From the NCBI GenBank assembly GCA_965207885.1, contig OZ242311.1, positions 4,192,001-4,256,000 of the forward strand: 64,000 nucleotides of DNA. The letters are read 5' to 3'. Source of the DNA: Candidatus Latescibacterota bacterium (GTDB lineage: Bacteria > Latescibacterota > UBA2968). Below are positions 50,581 through 60,325 of the stretch, one piece after another. The translations under genes and the position numbers were made by a program. How positions within the stretch are numbered: position 1 is the first letter of the stretch; every line of letters begins with the position of its first letter. The notes under the pieces were generated by a model. It searched no databases. It saw only the letters and a list, made by a program, of their open reading frames with translations, and had not been told where the DNA came from.

Positions 50581-51036
50581 ATGAGCAAATTAGTAAAAAA
50601 GATCGTTATAGACTCTAGGGTATTCAGTATCTTGGACGATAAACACGCAAGCGGGGAATGCAAATTGAAATGTCTTAAAAAACTCGAGGAAATTCTCAAG
50701 GATAATTGCTGTTTGGTGCTAGACAACAGTCTTCAAATTACACAAGAGTATAAGGCAGCTTGTGGGCACATAGGAGAAAAGCTCTTCAAAAACCTCTCTC
50801 GAAAAAAGAACTCTGTTCCTATTACAGACCATCCTTCTTACCGTCAATATGTTGAATTTCCAGATGATATAAGGCTTTTCAATTTTTTTCCCCGTCAATG
50901 TAAATTTGTTGCTGTTGCCCGTGCAACAAATGAAGCAAAACCGCTACCCATCTACACCATCTCCGGTTTGAGTAATACAACTCATACCGATATTCTGAAA
51001 ATATACTACAACATACCGATCCACATCCTATGTTGA
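50581..51036 (+). CDS. PIN-like protein, apparently lacking several catalytic acidic residues
   Basis: AGGAG RBS; VID, LVLD...I..EY, FP....L..F....KFVAVA, terminal LC pattern as recalled for partners of DUF3696 ATPases. Confidence 0.55.
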   Translation: MSKLVKKIVIDSRVFSILDDKHASGECKLKCLKKLEEILKDNCCLVLDNSLQITQEYKAACGHIGEKLFKNLSRKKNSVPITDHPSYRQYVEFPDDIRLFNFFPRQCKFVAVARATNEAKPLPIYTISGLSNTTHTDILKIYYNIPIHILC

Positions 51037-51654
51037 AATACAAGGGTGTGGATAAAATATACTAAAATTTGTATAAACATGTTTCAAGAAGCCGTTTTAA
51101 AATTCATTCTGGTATCTTTGGAAAGCGATCTGGGCTCCTACTTAAAGCAGGCAGACGTGACGAAAGAAGATGTCATTACGAATCAGTCTGTAAAATATTA
51201 GCAGATTTTTTGTAAGGACCACTCAGCGCGAACGAAAAAGTGTCGATCAATGCAGGAAAATCTATCCATATCCCAAGATATAAAGTTTGACCAACGCAGA
51301 CCAATGCTTTTGTAACTATAATTGAGGCAGCAAAAGTGATGAGAATGATTACTATTTGGGTCATCCTGTTATTTTTTATACTGTCGTTTTATATCGAGAA
51401 GAGACAAATGAAGAGATTTGACATAGCGAATTTAGCTGGCCCTGATTTTGAGAATTTATCGCTTGGCATAATAGCGGGTACAATGAAACTGAATTGAACT
51501 TGGCAACACTCGTGTAGCATTTGCATTGGTCAATTGCACGCCCGGAGAAGTAAAATCATCCGTGCTCCGAAAAAAAGAGCAAAACCACGCTTTGAAAATG
51601 GTAGTATCTATTGGGAAAGAGTAGCTTAGTTTTCATACAATGTAAATATGTTAT

Positions 51655-51681
51655 AGGGTTGGGAGGCTCCAATCTTGACTC
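51655..51681 (+). repeat. Direct repeat copy 2 (functional lysS RBS and start)
   Basis: AGGGTTGGGAGGCTCCAATCTTGACTC containing GGAGG and the TTG start at 51675. Confidence 0.85.
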
Positions 51682-53219
51682 GGATTGTGGGACAAACGCC
51701 AGAATCACAATTGATCAAACAGCGAGAGGACAAACTCGACGCCATTCGGGCTTTGGGTTTTGAGCCTTATCCGTATCGCTTTGAGCCCACGCATCATTCT
51801 GTAGATATTGTCGCGTCTTTTGATGCGCTGAGTACATCGGGTGCCGAAGTCCGAGTTGCCGGTCGATTGATTGTTACGCGAGGTCATGGCAAAGCGGCCT
51901 TTGCCGATTTGCGGGATGCCAAGGGCCGCCTTCAAATTTATGTACGGCTCGACAATGTTGGCGATGATGCTTTCGCGCTGTGGAAGTTACTGGATATCGG
52001 TGATTTTATCGGCGTATCTGGCCCAGTTTTCAAGACGCGCACAGGTCAAATATCCGTTCAAGTTCAAACGCTCGTGTTGTTGACCAAAGCCATTCGTCCG
52101 CTGCCCGTTCCAAAAGAAGAATTACGCGATGGCGAGCGCGTTGTACACGATCAATTTAGTGACAAAGAACTGCGATATCGCCGTCGTTATCTGGACCTGG
52201 CACTCAACCCCGATGTGCAGGCGGTATTTCGCAAGCGTAGCGCGGTCGTATCTGCAATTCGTGAATTTTTAGATGCACGCGGTTTTCTCGAAGTCGAAAC
52301 ACCGGTGTTGCAGCCGCTCTACGGCGGAGCTTCGGCCCGTCCTTTTTTTACACGTCACAATGCCCTGAATATGCCTCTGTACCTCCGGATATCCGATGAG
52401 TTGTATCTCAAGCGTTTGATCGTGGGTGGGCTTGAGCGGGTGTATGAAATCGGCAAAAATTTTCGCAATGAAGGCATTGATCGAACTCATAACCCCGAGT
52501 TTTCGATGCTCGAATTGTATCAGGCATATGCAGACTATTTTGACATGATGGCGATCGCCGAGGCACTCTACGCCTTTGTGGCTGAAAAGGTAAACGGTGC
52601 AACAACACTCGAATATCAGGGTCGAGAAATTGATCTTACCCCCCCCTGGCCGCGCATTCCCATGCTCGAAGCCATAAAAAAATACGGCGGTATTGATGTG
52701 GCGCGCGCCTCTGATGCCGACCTGTGTGCTGCCTGCAAGCGTTTTGATTCCGATATCGAACCGAAGACAGAACGCGGCTTGTTGATCAATGCGTTGTTCG
52801 AGGCGTGTGTCGAGCCTGAATTGATTCAACCGACCTTTATTATTGACTATCCCAAAGCCATTTCTCCCCTGGCTAAAAGCCACCGAAACCAAAAATGTCT
52901 CCAAGAAGACCTTACCGAGCGGTTTGAATTTTTTATCAATGGCTGGGAAGCGGGCAATGCGTTTTCCGAACTGAACGATCCGAAAGAACAGCGGAAAAGG
53001 TTCCTATATCAAGAAGTATTGCGTGACCAAGGCGACGATGAGGCTCAGGTGCTCGATGATGATTTTTTGATAGCCCTGGAACACGGGATGCCCCCGACGG
53101 GTGGGTTGGGCATTGGTGTTGATCGAATGGTGATGTTGCTCGCAGACGCGCCTTCGATTCGAGACGCAATTCTGTTTCCGCACATGCGCCCTAAAGAGGG
53201 CCTTGAAGACCATGGATGA
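51675..53219 (+). CDS. lysS: Lysine--tRNA ligase (class II)
   Basis: RYRRRYLDL, GGASARPF, FRNEGID.THNPEF, GMPPTGGLGIGVDR. Confidence 0.97.
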   Translation: MTRIVGQTPESQLIKQREDKLDAIRALGFEPYPYRFEPTHHSVDIVASFDALSTSGAEVRVAGRLIVTRGHGKAAFADLRDAKGRLQIYVRLDNVGDDAFALWKLLDIGDFIGVSGPVFKTRTGQISVQVQTLVLLTKAIRPLPVPKEELRDGERVVHDQFSDKELRYRRRYLDLALNPDVQAVFRKRSAVVSAIREFLDARGFLEVETPVLQPLYGGASARPFFTRHNALNMPLYLRISDELYLKRLIVGGLERVYEIGKNFRNEGIDRTHNPEFSMLELYQAYADYFDMMAIAEALYAFVAEKVNGATTLEYQGREIDLTPPWPRIPMLEAIKKYGGIDVARASDADLCAACKRFDSDIEPKTERGLLINALFEACVEPELIQPTFIIDYPKAISPLAKSHRNQKCLQEDLTERFEFFINGWEAGNAFSELNDPKEQRKRFLYQEVLRDQGDDEAQVLDDDFLIALEHGMPPTGGLGIGVDRMVMLLADAPSIRDAILFPHMRPKEGLEDHG

Positions 53220-53886
53220 GTTGCTGCGCGCAACAGGGGTTTGCAAACACTATGTATTGGGGGATACCCATATCGAAGTACTAAAAGGGGTTGACCTCGG
53301 GGTTGTTCGCGGCGAAATTGTTGCAGTGGTTGGTGCTTCGGGTGTCGGAAAGAGTACTTTGTTACACATTATGGGCGGGTTAGACCATCCGGCTTCGGGG
53401 ACGGTTGTCATCGATGGCGTCGATATATTTGCCCTTTCAGATACTGATCGCGCCAAATTTCGCAATCGACAGATTGGGTTTGTTTTTCAGTTTCACCACT
53501 TGTTGCGCGATTTTACTGCGCTTGAAAATGTGATGATGCCCCTGATGATTGCCGGTGATTCGCACGATAAAGCACGAGTACCCGCACAAAAATTACTCTG
53601 TGATGTCGGTCTGGAAAAGCGGCTTGCACATTTGCCTTCCGAACTTTCTGGTGGGGAAGCCCAGCGCGTTGCTGTTGCGAGGGCACTGGTGACACAACCC
53701 GCTATTGTTCTGGCCGACGAACCTTCTGGCAATCTCGATAGGGCGCGCAGTGCACAGCTTCACGCATTAATTTGGGAACTTGCCAGAACCCGGCACCAAA
53801 CGTGCATTATTGTAACACACGACCAGCATCTGGCTGCTCGCGCTGATCGGGTGGTCGAGATGGAAGACGGTCGTCTCATTGTTTAA
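53212..53886 (+). CDS. lolD: Lipoprotein-releasing ABC ATPase LolD-like
   Basis: GASGVGKS, GFVFQFHHLL, LSGGEAQRVA, ADEPSGNLD, VTHD. Confidence 0.8.
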   Translation: MDELLRATGVCKHYVLGDTHIEVLKGVDLGVVRGEIVAVVGASGVGKSTLLHIMGGLDHPASGTVVIDGVDIFALSDTDRAKFRNRQIGFVFQFHHLLRDFTALENVMMPLMIAGDSHDKARVPAQKLLCDVGLEKRLAHLPSELSGGEAQRVAVARALVTQPAIVLADEPSGNLDRARSAQLHALIWELARTRHQTCIIVTHDQHLAARADRVVEMEDGRLIV

Positions 53887-53988
53887 ATAAAAAGGCGTGT
53901 GAAACAGTGTTGAGTTTTCCTTTATAAACTGTTATACTGGAATCAAACACGCTTCGCCAGATTTCTCGTTAGGCGAGAGGAGTATTCA

Positions 53989-56592
53989 ATGCAGAACAGT
54001 ATGTTTTCGGACCAGGTGAAGCAGGTCATGCAACTCGCTCGCGAAGAAGCAGCGCGTCTGGGACACAATTACATCGGCACCGAGCATTTGCTGCTGGGCA
54101 TCATACGCGGGGGCAAAAGTACAGCTATCCAGGTCCTGACAAATCTGAACTTAAATCTCGAAAGGATCAAGCAATCCATCGACGATTTTGTCGCTTCTTC
54201 TGGTAGTTCAATGACGATGGGTGAAGTGCCTTTTACACCCCGCGCAAAACAGATTCTCGAAATTGCTGCCAATGAAGCCAAAGAAATGAAGAGCCGAGTC
54301 GTGAGAACCAGCCATCTGCTGTTGGCACTGTTGAAAGATAAAGACGGGGTTGCCGCACAGATTTTGGTCACATTCGGCGTAGATCACAGAACCGCCAAGG
54401 AGGAGGTGATTGCCGTTTTGCAGGGAAAAACTTCGGGTGGTAAACGCGAAAAAAGAAAAAGCAAAACGCCTTTCCTCGATCATTTCGGACGCGATTTAAC
54501 CGATCTGGCGCGGCAGGGCAAACTCGATCCAACCATTGGTCGCGATCGCGAAATCGAACGGGTGTCACAGATACTTGCCAGACGCAAAAAGAACAACCCT
54601 GTACTTGTGGGCGAACCCGGCGTGGGTAAAACGCAGATCATCGAGGGATTGGCACAGCGCATTGTAGAACGGCGGGTCCCACAAATTTTGCTGGACAAGC
54701 GCGTAGTTACGCTCGATATGGGCGGGATTGTCGCTGGCACAAAATACCGCGGGCAGTTTGAAGAGCGCCTGAAAGCTGTGATGAATGAACTTCAGCAAAG
54801 CCAGAATGTGATTATTTTTATCGATGAGTTGCACACTATTGTCGGTGCCGGTAGTGCCGAGGGTACGCTGGATGCATCCAATATGTTTAAGCCCTCACTT
54901 TCCCGCGGCGAATTGCAGTGCATTGGCGCAACGACCTTAGATGAATATCGAAAATATATTGAAAAGGACGGCGCGCTCGAGCGGCGGTTCCAGACGATAG
55001 TAGTCGATGCCCCTTCAGTGGGTGAGACCATTGAAATTCTCAAGGGCCTAAAAGACAGTTATGAGGCACATCACAAAGTATCGTTTTTACCTGACGCTAT
55101 CGAAGCAGCAGCTCAAATGGCCGACCGCTATATCAGTGATCGCCACTTGCCCGACAAGGCCATTGATGTGATTGATGAAACGGGAGCGCGGGTGCGATTG
55201 TCTCGCCTCAATCCCCCCGAAGAGATCAAAGAAATCGAGATGGCCATTAGTGAGATTACGCGAAAAAAGGATATGGCTGCCGAAAATCAGCAATTTGAAG
55301 AGGCGGCAAGGTTGCGCGATCGCGAGAGAGAACTCAAAAACGAACTCGAAAATATGCGCCAGGCGTGGGAAGTACAGGTGACAGATGACGTTGTCGAAGT
55401 AACAGAAGAACACATTGCCGAAGTGATTTCGAGCATGACGGGTATTCCCGTGTTTCGGCTGGCACAGGCCGAATCCGAAAGACTGATCAACATGGCGTCT
55501 GAGTTGCAAAAGCGGGTGATTGGGCAAGAGGAAGCGGTTTCTACGGTATGTCGCTCCATTCGGCGCACGCGTGCGGGTCTCAAAGATCCCAATCGCCCAA
55601 TCGGCACGTTTTTGTTCTTGGGCCCCACGGGTATTGGCAAAACGTATTTGGCGCAAGCACTGGCGCAGTATCTGTTTGACGATGAAGATGCACTCGTAAC
55701 CGTAGATATGTCGGAATATATGGAAAAATTCGCGGTATCTCGGCTCGTTGGTGCGCCACCGGGTTATGTGGGATACGATGAGGGCGGACAGCTAACGGAA
55801 AAAGTGCGCCGGCGTCCCTACTCGGTGGTTTTGCTCGATGAAATTGAAAAAGCCCATCCCGATGTATTCAATATCCTCTTACAGGTGTTGGATGAAGGGC
55901 GTTTGACAGATAGCTTTGGGCGCAAGGTAAATTTCAAAAATACCATTTTGATTATGACATCCAATCTGGGAACCAAAGATCTGCAGAATGCAGGTGGTTT
56001 GGGATTTGGCCGGTCAGACAAAAAATCAATCCGCGAAAAAATGGAAGAGCGAATCAACGAAGAGGTTAAAAAGACATTTAACCCCGAGTTTATCAACCGC
56101 CTGGATGAAACAGTGATCTTCAATCCGCTGGATCGAAAGGAAATTATTCAGATTGTCGATATTGAGCTTGAAAAAATTCTCGCTCGTGTTGCAGAACGCG
56201 ATATCGACGTGCGTCTCACACAGGGGGCCAAGAGTTTGATCGCCGAAAAGGGCTATGATCCGACGTATGGCGCGCGGCATCTGCGGCGCACCATTCAAAA
56301 GATGATTGAAGATCCCCTGGCCGAAGAGATCATTATGGGTCACTTTGCCGATGGCTGCAAGGTTCGGGTGAGCAAAAAAGGCGATACGCTCAGCTTTGAG
56401 GGAGATTCTATTGCAAAAGAAGAATCGAAAGAAGAATCGGAAGACACGACCGAAATTCAGATGAGTAAAAAAGATAGTAATCTCAACACGGCTGATGAGA
56501 GCGGAGAGGGTAATCTCGATGAAAAAGTTGGAGATCAGGACAAATCGGGAGATCCTGTCGGAGAAGAAGTAGTGAACAAGGACAAAGCATGA
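53989..56592 (+). CDS. clpC: ATP-dependent Clp protease ATPase ClpC
   Basis: Clp N-repeats, [11 protein letters not shown] middle domain [30 protein letters not shown] ClpP-docking loop. Confidence 0.93.
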   Translation: MQNSMFSDQVKQVMQLAREEAARLGHNYIGTEHLLLGIIRGGKSTAIQVLTNLNLNLERIKQSIDDFVASSGSSMTMGEVPFTPRAKQILEIAANEAKEMKSRVVRTSHLLLALLKDKDGVAAQILVTFGVDHRTAKEEVIAVLQGKTSGGKREKRKSKTPFLDHFGRDLTDLARQGKLDPTIGRDREIERVSQILARRKKNNPVLVGEPGVGKTQIIEGLAQRIVERRVPQILLDKRVVTLDMGGIVAGTKYRGQFEERLKAVMNELQQSQNVIIFIDELHTIVGAGSAEGTLDASNMFKPSLSRGELQCIGATTLDEYRKYIEKDGALERRFQTIVVDAPSVGETIEILKGLKDSYEAHHKVSFLPDAIEAAAQMADRYISDRHLPDKAIDVIDETGARVRLSRLNPPEEIKEIEMAISEITRKKDMAAENQQFEEAARLRDRERELKNELENMRQAWEVQVTDDVVEVTEEHIAEVISSMTGIPVFRLAQAESERLINMASELQKRVIGQEEAVSTVCRSIRRTRAGLKDPNRPIGTFLFLGPTGIGKTYLAQALAQYLFDDEDALVTVDMSEYMEKFAVSRLVGAPPGYVGYDEGGQLTEKVRRRPYSVVLLDEIEKAHPDVFNILLQVLDEGRLTDSFGRKVNFKNTILIMTSNLGTKDLQNAGGLGFGRSDKKSIREKMEERINEEVKKTFNPEFINRLDETVIFNPLDRKEIIQIVDIELEKILARVAERDIDVRLTQGAKSLIAEKGYDPTYGARHLRRTIQKMIEDPLAEEIIMGHFADGCKVRVSKKGDTLSFEGDSIAKEESKEESEDTTEIQMSKKDSNLNTADESGEGNLDEKVGDQDKSGDPVGEEVVNKDKA

Positions 56593-56614
56593 TCGTGAAG
56601 GTGCGGTCAATACC

Positions 56615-56646
56615 CAAACGGCCCGGGCATTAGTCCGGGCTGTTTG
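56615..56646 (+). terminator. Probable terminator after clpC
   Basis: CAAACGGCCCGGGC/GTCCGGGCTGTTTG hairpin. Confidence 0.6.
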
Positions 56647-56797
56647 TCGTACAGTCGGAACATTTTCCTCTGCTGGGCGTTTGAGGCTTACAAAATAAAG
56701 CGCGAATAGACGAACCCCACCTCAACCACCCAAAACCACTACAAGCTCAAATTCGTTGATTCGTTTTATGTGGTTTTTCAAATAGGTACTGCGCAAC

Positions 56798-59092
56798 GTG
56801 AAAAAAATTTTTATACACAGTTTTTTTCTCTTCATTGTACTATTGAGCGGGCGCACGGGCGCACAAGAAGGCCCGGTGATTCAAGAGATCCGCATTCGAG
56901 GCAATGATTGGGTCGAGACTTCTTTTATTGAATCTCAAAGCGGTTTATTCAAAGGGCAGAATCTGGCGGAAGGCGAAGCCGCACGGGTAATTCGCAATCT
57001 CTACAAAAGCGGTCTGTTTTCCGACATCAAAATTTCTATAGATCGAGTGCCAGACGGTGTAGCCGTTATTATTGATTTGAAAGCCGTACCGCGTTTGGGA
57101 GAGGTGGTTTTTAAGGGCAATCGCGCAATAAAGGACAAGACACTAAAACGCGAATTGGAATTGACTAAAGGCCAGTTGATACAGTCGCGAGAAAAAAAGA
57201 GAGCGGTCAATAAACTGGTCGCGCTCTATCGGGAAAAAGGCTATTTGCTCGCCTCAGTGGATGTGAAGGAAGAGGAGGTTGATGAAGATGGGCGACTGCC
57301 ACTGACCTTTGAAATGCACGAAGGCGAAAAAGTCAATTTGAAAAAAATCCGTTTTCACGGCAATACGGCATTGACCGGAAAACAACTGCGCAAGCAGATG
57401 AAAGAAACCAAACAAGACGGCTGGTGGTTTGGAGGAGGCAAATACAGCGAGGAAACCTATCCCGACGATAGAGAACTGGTTTTGGCCTTTTACCGACAAA
57501 ACGGATATCGGGAAGCGGCAATAGTATCCGATAGTTTGTCCTATGGCCCTGTGAAAAAAAATATGTATCTCGATATCACCATCGAAGAAGGGCCACTTTA
57601 TCGCTTTGGTGCAGTGAGTTGGTCGGGCAATGAAAAAATCACAGATGCGGGTTTTTCTCACTTTATTGTGGTCGATTCAGGCGCGGTTTACAACGAGGAG
57701 CGCGTCTTAAAATCGCGAGAGCAGTTGCAAAATGCCTATATGGACATCGGGCATATAGGCTCGCAGATTTTCCCGCAACAAAAACCCATTGAAGGTCACG
57801 TCGTCAATGTGCATTTTGACGTGGTCGAAAAAGATCCGTGGACAATTCGCAAAATTTTGATTACGGGCAATACCAAAACCAAAGATCGCGTGATTCGACG
57901 CGAGTTGCGCGTGCGCCCGGGCGATACGTTTAGCCGCGCGCTTTTGGAGCGCAGCGTGCGCGAAGTCATGCAACTCAACTTTTTTACCAATGTTTTGCCA
58001 GAGCCTATCGCCGTAGAAGAAACATCAGAGATCGACCTCGAGTTCACCATAGAAGAAAAGTCAACAGGCACGGCGTCTATCGGGGCCGGATATAGCGAAC
58101 GCGACAAGCTGATTGGCACCATTGGATTGCAAATTCCCAATTTTAGAGGCAATGGACAACAACTCGATTTCCAGTGGGAGTTTGGATCGCGCCGCGAAAC
58201 CTTTAGCATAGGGTTTACCGAACCGTGGTTCCGCAATACCCCCACGAGTATATCTGCGTCGCTATTCCGAAGCACCATACGACTGTCAACTTATGGTGTG
58301 GCTGACTTTGATCAGCGCACAGAAGGCGGTGCATTTCGCCTCGGACGCAGGCTGCGCTGGCCCGATTATTCACGCATTTCCGGAGGATATCGCCTCGAGA
58401 AGGTTGCTTTTATCAATTTTTCCGACACTACAGATGTAAGCAATCCCTTTTACCAGGACAATATAACCAGCAGCATCAGTGCAAACTTAACCCGCGACAG
58501 CCGCGATTTGCCGATCTTTCCCACATCGGGCAGCGTGATCTCTTATTCGCCAGCACTCGCCGGTGGATTTTTGGGCGGTAATAGAGATTTTCACAAGCAC
58601 GATATTGTCACGAGTTTTTACTTTCCCATATTCTGGCGGTTGGCCTTAAATGTGCGGTCGCAATTGGGCTTTGTCGCCAGTTATGGCACCGAGCGCGTCC
58701 CGTACCAGGAATTGTATCTGCCGGGCGGCGTTGATATTTTTGAAGGCACCATGTTGCGCGGTTATCCCGACCGCTCAATCGGTCCTCGCAATATTGGGGG
58801 AGAGCCGATTGGGGGTGTCGCGCAGTTGTTGTTTAACGCAGAGATCAGCATTCCCATTGTGCCCAATCAATTTTATGGTCTCATTTTTGCCGATGCGGGC
58901 AATGCCTGGGAAAATCTGGATCGGATCAGCCTGACGGATATGCGTCGGTCGGCTGGTTTTGGCATTCGGATTGTAGCACCTGTGGTGGGTATTATGGGAT
59001 TTGATTTTGCATGGGGATTTGACCGTCGGCGTGTCGATGGTCAGTCCGTACAGATGATGACGCATTTCCAATTCGGCCCGCAATTTTATTAG
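56798..59092 (+). CDS. bamA: Outer-membrane protein assembly factor BamA
   Basis: Signal peptide, POTRA repeats (GNTKTKDRVIRREL), LRGY motif, C-terminal FQFG. Confidence 0.93.
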   Translation: MKKIFIHSFFLFIVLLSGRTGAQEGPVIQEIRIRGNDWVETSFIESQSGLFKGQNLAEGEAARVIRNLYKSGLFSDIKISIDRVPDGVAVIIDLKAVPRLGEVVFKGNRAIKDKTLKRELELTKGQLIQSREKKRAVNKLVALYREKGYLLASVDVKEEEVDEDGRLPLTFEMHEGEKVNLKKIRFHGNTALTGKQLRKQMKETKQDGWWFGGGKYSEETYPDDRELVLAFYRQNGYREAAIVSDSLSYGPVKKNMYLDITIEEGPLYRFGAVSWSGNEKITDAGFSHFIVVDSGAVYNEERVLKSREQLQNAYMDIGHIGSQIFPQQKPIEGHVVNVHFDVVEKDPWTIRKILITGNTKTKDRVIRRELRVRPGDTFSRALLERSVREVMQLNFFTNVLPEPIAVEETSEIDLEFTIEEKSTGTASIGAGYSERDKLIGTIGLQIPNFRGNGQQLDFQWEFGSRRETFSIGFTEPWFRNTPTSISASLFRSTIRLSTYGVADFDQRTEGGAFRLGRRLRWPDYSRISGGYRLEKVAFINFSDTTDVSNPFYQDNITSSISANLTRDSRDLPIFPTSGSVISYSPALAGGFLGGNRDFHKHDIVTSFYFPIFWRLALNVRSQLGFVASYGTERVPYQELYLPGGVDIFEGTMLRGYPDRSIGPRNIGGEPIGGVAQLLFNAEISIPIVPNQFYGLIFADAGNAWENLDRISLTDMRRSAGFGIRIVAPVVGIMGFDFAWGFDRRRVDGQSVQMMTHFQFGPQFY

Positions 59093-59160
59093 CGGTCAGA
59101 CTCCTCCTGTACCCATGGATGGCGAGGGAGGGCCAAAAGCACTATTCACGGAGGGAATTT

Positions 59161-59712
59161 TTGATGACACGCTGTCGCCTACTTTATGTCGCGCTATCTC
59201 TGGCACTAACTGGAATAGCCAGTACTGCCGGCGCGGAGCTAAAGCTGGGGTATATTGATTCGCAGAAAATTTTGGATCAATACAAGCCCTATCAAGATGC
59301 TCTAAGGGAATTTAACCGTTATGAAGAAGAACTCCAGCGCGAGATCAGCACCATGCAAAACGATCTGGCCAAAATGCAGGATACCTATGAACGCCAATCT
59401 CTGCTTTTGAGTGACAAACGCAAACAAGAAGAGCAGCAGGCCATTTTGAAAAAACAGCAGGAACTACAGCGGTTTGTGCAAGACGCTACCTCTCCGCAAG
59501 GCCGTCTCGCGCGCAAAACCGCGGAATTATCCGAACCCATTATTCAAACGGTGAATGCAGTTATTAAACAAGTGGCAGAAGACGAAGATTTTGATTTTGT
59601 GCTCAATTCGACTGCGCTGGCCTATGCGAAAGAGGCACACGATTTGACCGACAAGGTCCTCGAAGCACTGGCCAAAGATCTCGAGGCCAGGGCAAAAACC
59701 GAGGGACCATAG
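59161..59712 (+). CDS. skp: Periplasmic chaperone Skp/OmpH
   Basis: KLGYIDSQKIL, long coiled coil, DLTDKVL; follows bamA. Confidence 0.88.
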   Translation: MMTRCRLLYVALSLALTGIASTAGAELKLGYIDSQKILDQYKPYQDALREFNRYEEELQREISTMQNDLAKMQDTYERQSLLLSDKRKQEEQQAILKKQQELQRFVQDATSPQGRLARKTAELSEPIIQTVNAVIKQVAEDEDFDFVLNSTALAYAKEAHDLTDKVLEALAKDLEARAKTEGP

Positions 59713-59741
59713 CAGATCATCTATATACGTTATTTTTTTTC

Positions 59742-59782
59742 AAAGTCTCTGATTTACTCCGCGGGGTGATCGGAGACTTTTT
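59742..59782 (+). terminator. Terminator-like hairpin between skp and fabZ
   Basis: AAAGTCTCTGAT...ATCGGAGACTTT stem with T-run. Confidence 0.6.
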
Positions 59783-59792
59783 AATGTGAACA

Positions 59793-60242
59793 TTGGAGAA
59801 TGCCGTGACTCTGGACATTAGAGATATTGAAAAAATTCTTCCGCATCGTTATCCTTTTCTCCTAATAGATCGCGTAACCGAGTTGGTCCCCGGCGAGCGG
59901 CTGGTCGCGTACAAAAATGTGTCGGCTAATGAGCCGTTTTTCCAGGGGCATTTTCCCGGCAACCCAGTGATGCCGGGCGTGCTCATTATCGAAGCACTGG
60001 CTCAGGCCGCTGCAATATTGATGAGTGATGGACAGGAGAGCGATTTGATCCCATTGTTTATGGGCATTGACAAGGCGCGTTTCCGAAGGCAAGTTGTGCC
60101 CGGAGATCAACTCCAGCTAAAAGTCGAAGCAGGACAAAAACGCCGCAATGTGTGCAAAGGGGTTGGCGAAGCCACAGTGGATGGCGAAGTCGCCGCACGG
60201 GCCGAATTGATGGCGATGTTTGCAAAACGCGAGGATCTGTAG
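59793..60242 (+). CDS. fabZ: 3-hydroxyacyl-ACP dehydratase
   Basis: [39 protein letters not shown]. Confidence 0.96.
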   Translation: MENAVTLDIRDIEKILPHRYPFLLIDRVTELVPGERLVAYKNVSANEPFFQGHFPGNPVMPGVLIIEALAQAAAILMSDGQESDLIPLFMGIDKARFRRQVVPGDQLQLKVEAGQKRRNVCKGVGEATVDGEVAARAELMAMFAKREDL

Positions 60243-60266
60243 CACGAACGCGCATTGGCTTAATAA

Positions 60267-60314
60267 TAAACCAAAAAACTCGGCCTTTAATGTGACGCCG
60301 AGTTTTTTGGTTTA
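60267..60314. terminator. Bidirectional terminator
   Basis: Perfect 18-bp inverted repeat TAAACCAAAAAACTCGGC between convergent genes. Confidence 0.85.
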
Positions 60315-60325
60315 CCGCACACCTC

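Noticed and set aside
56400-56592. Acidic C-terminal extension of ClpC with a weak SKK repeat
   Set aside because: Low-complexity tails are common and the duplication is too degenerate to support
56700-56780. Short inverted repeats upstream of bamA
   Set aside because: Weak pairing and no recognisable RNA family
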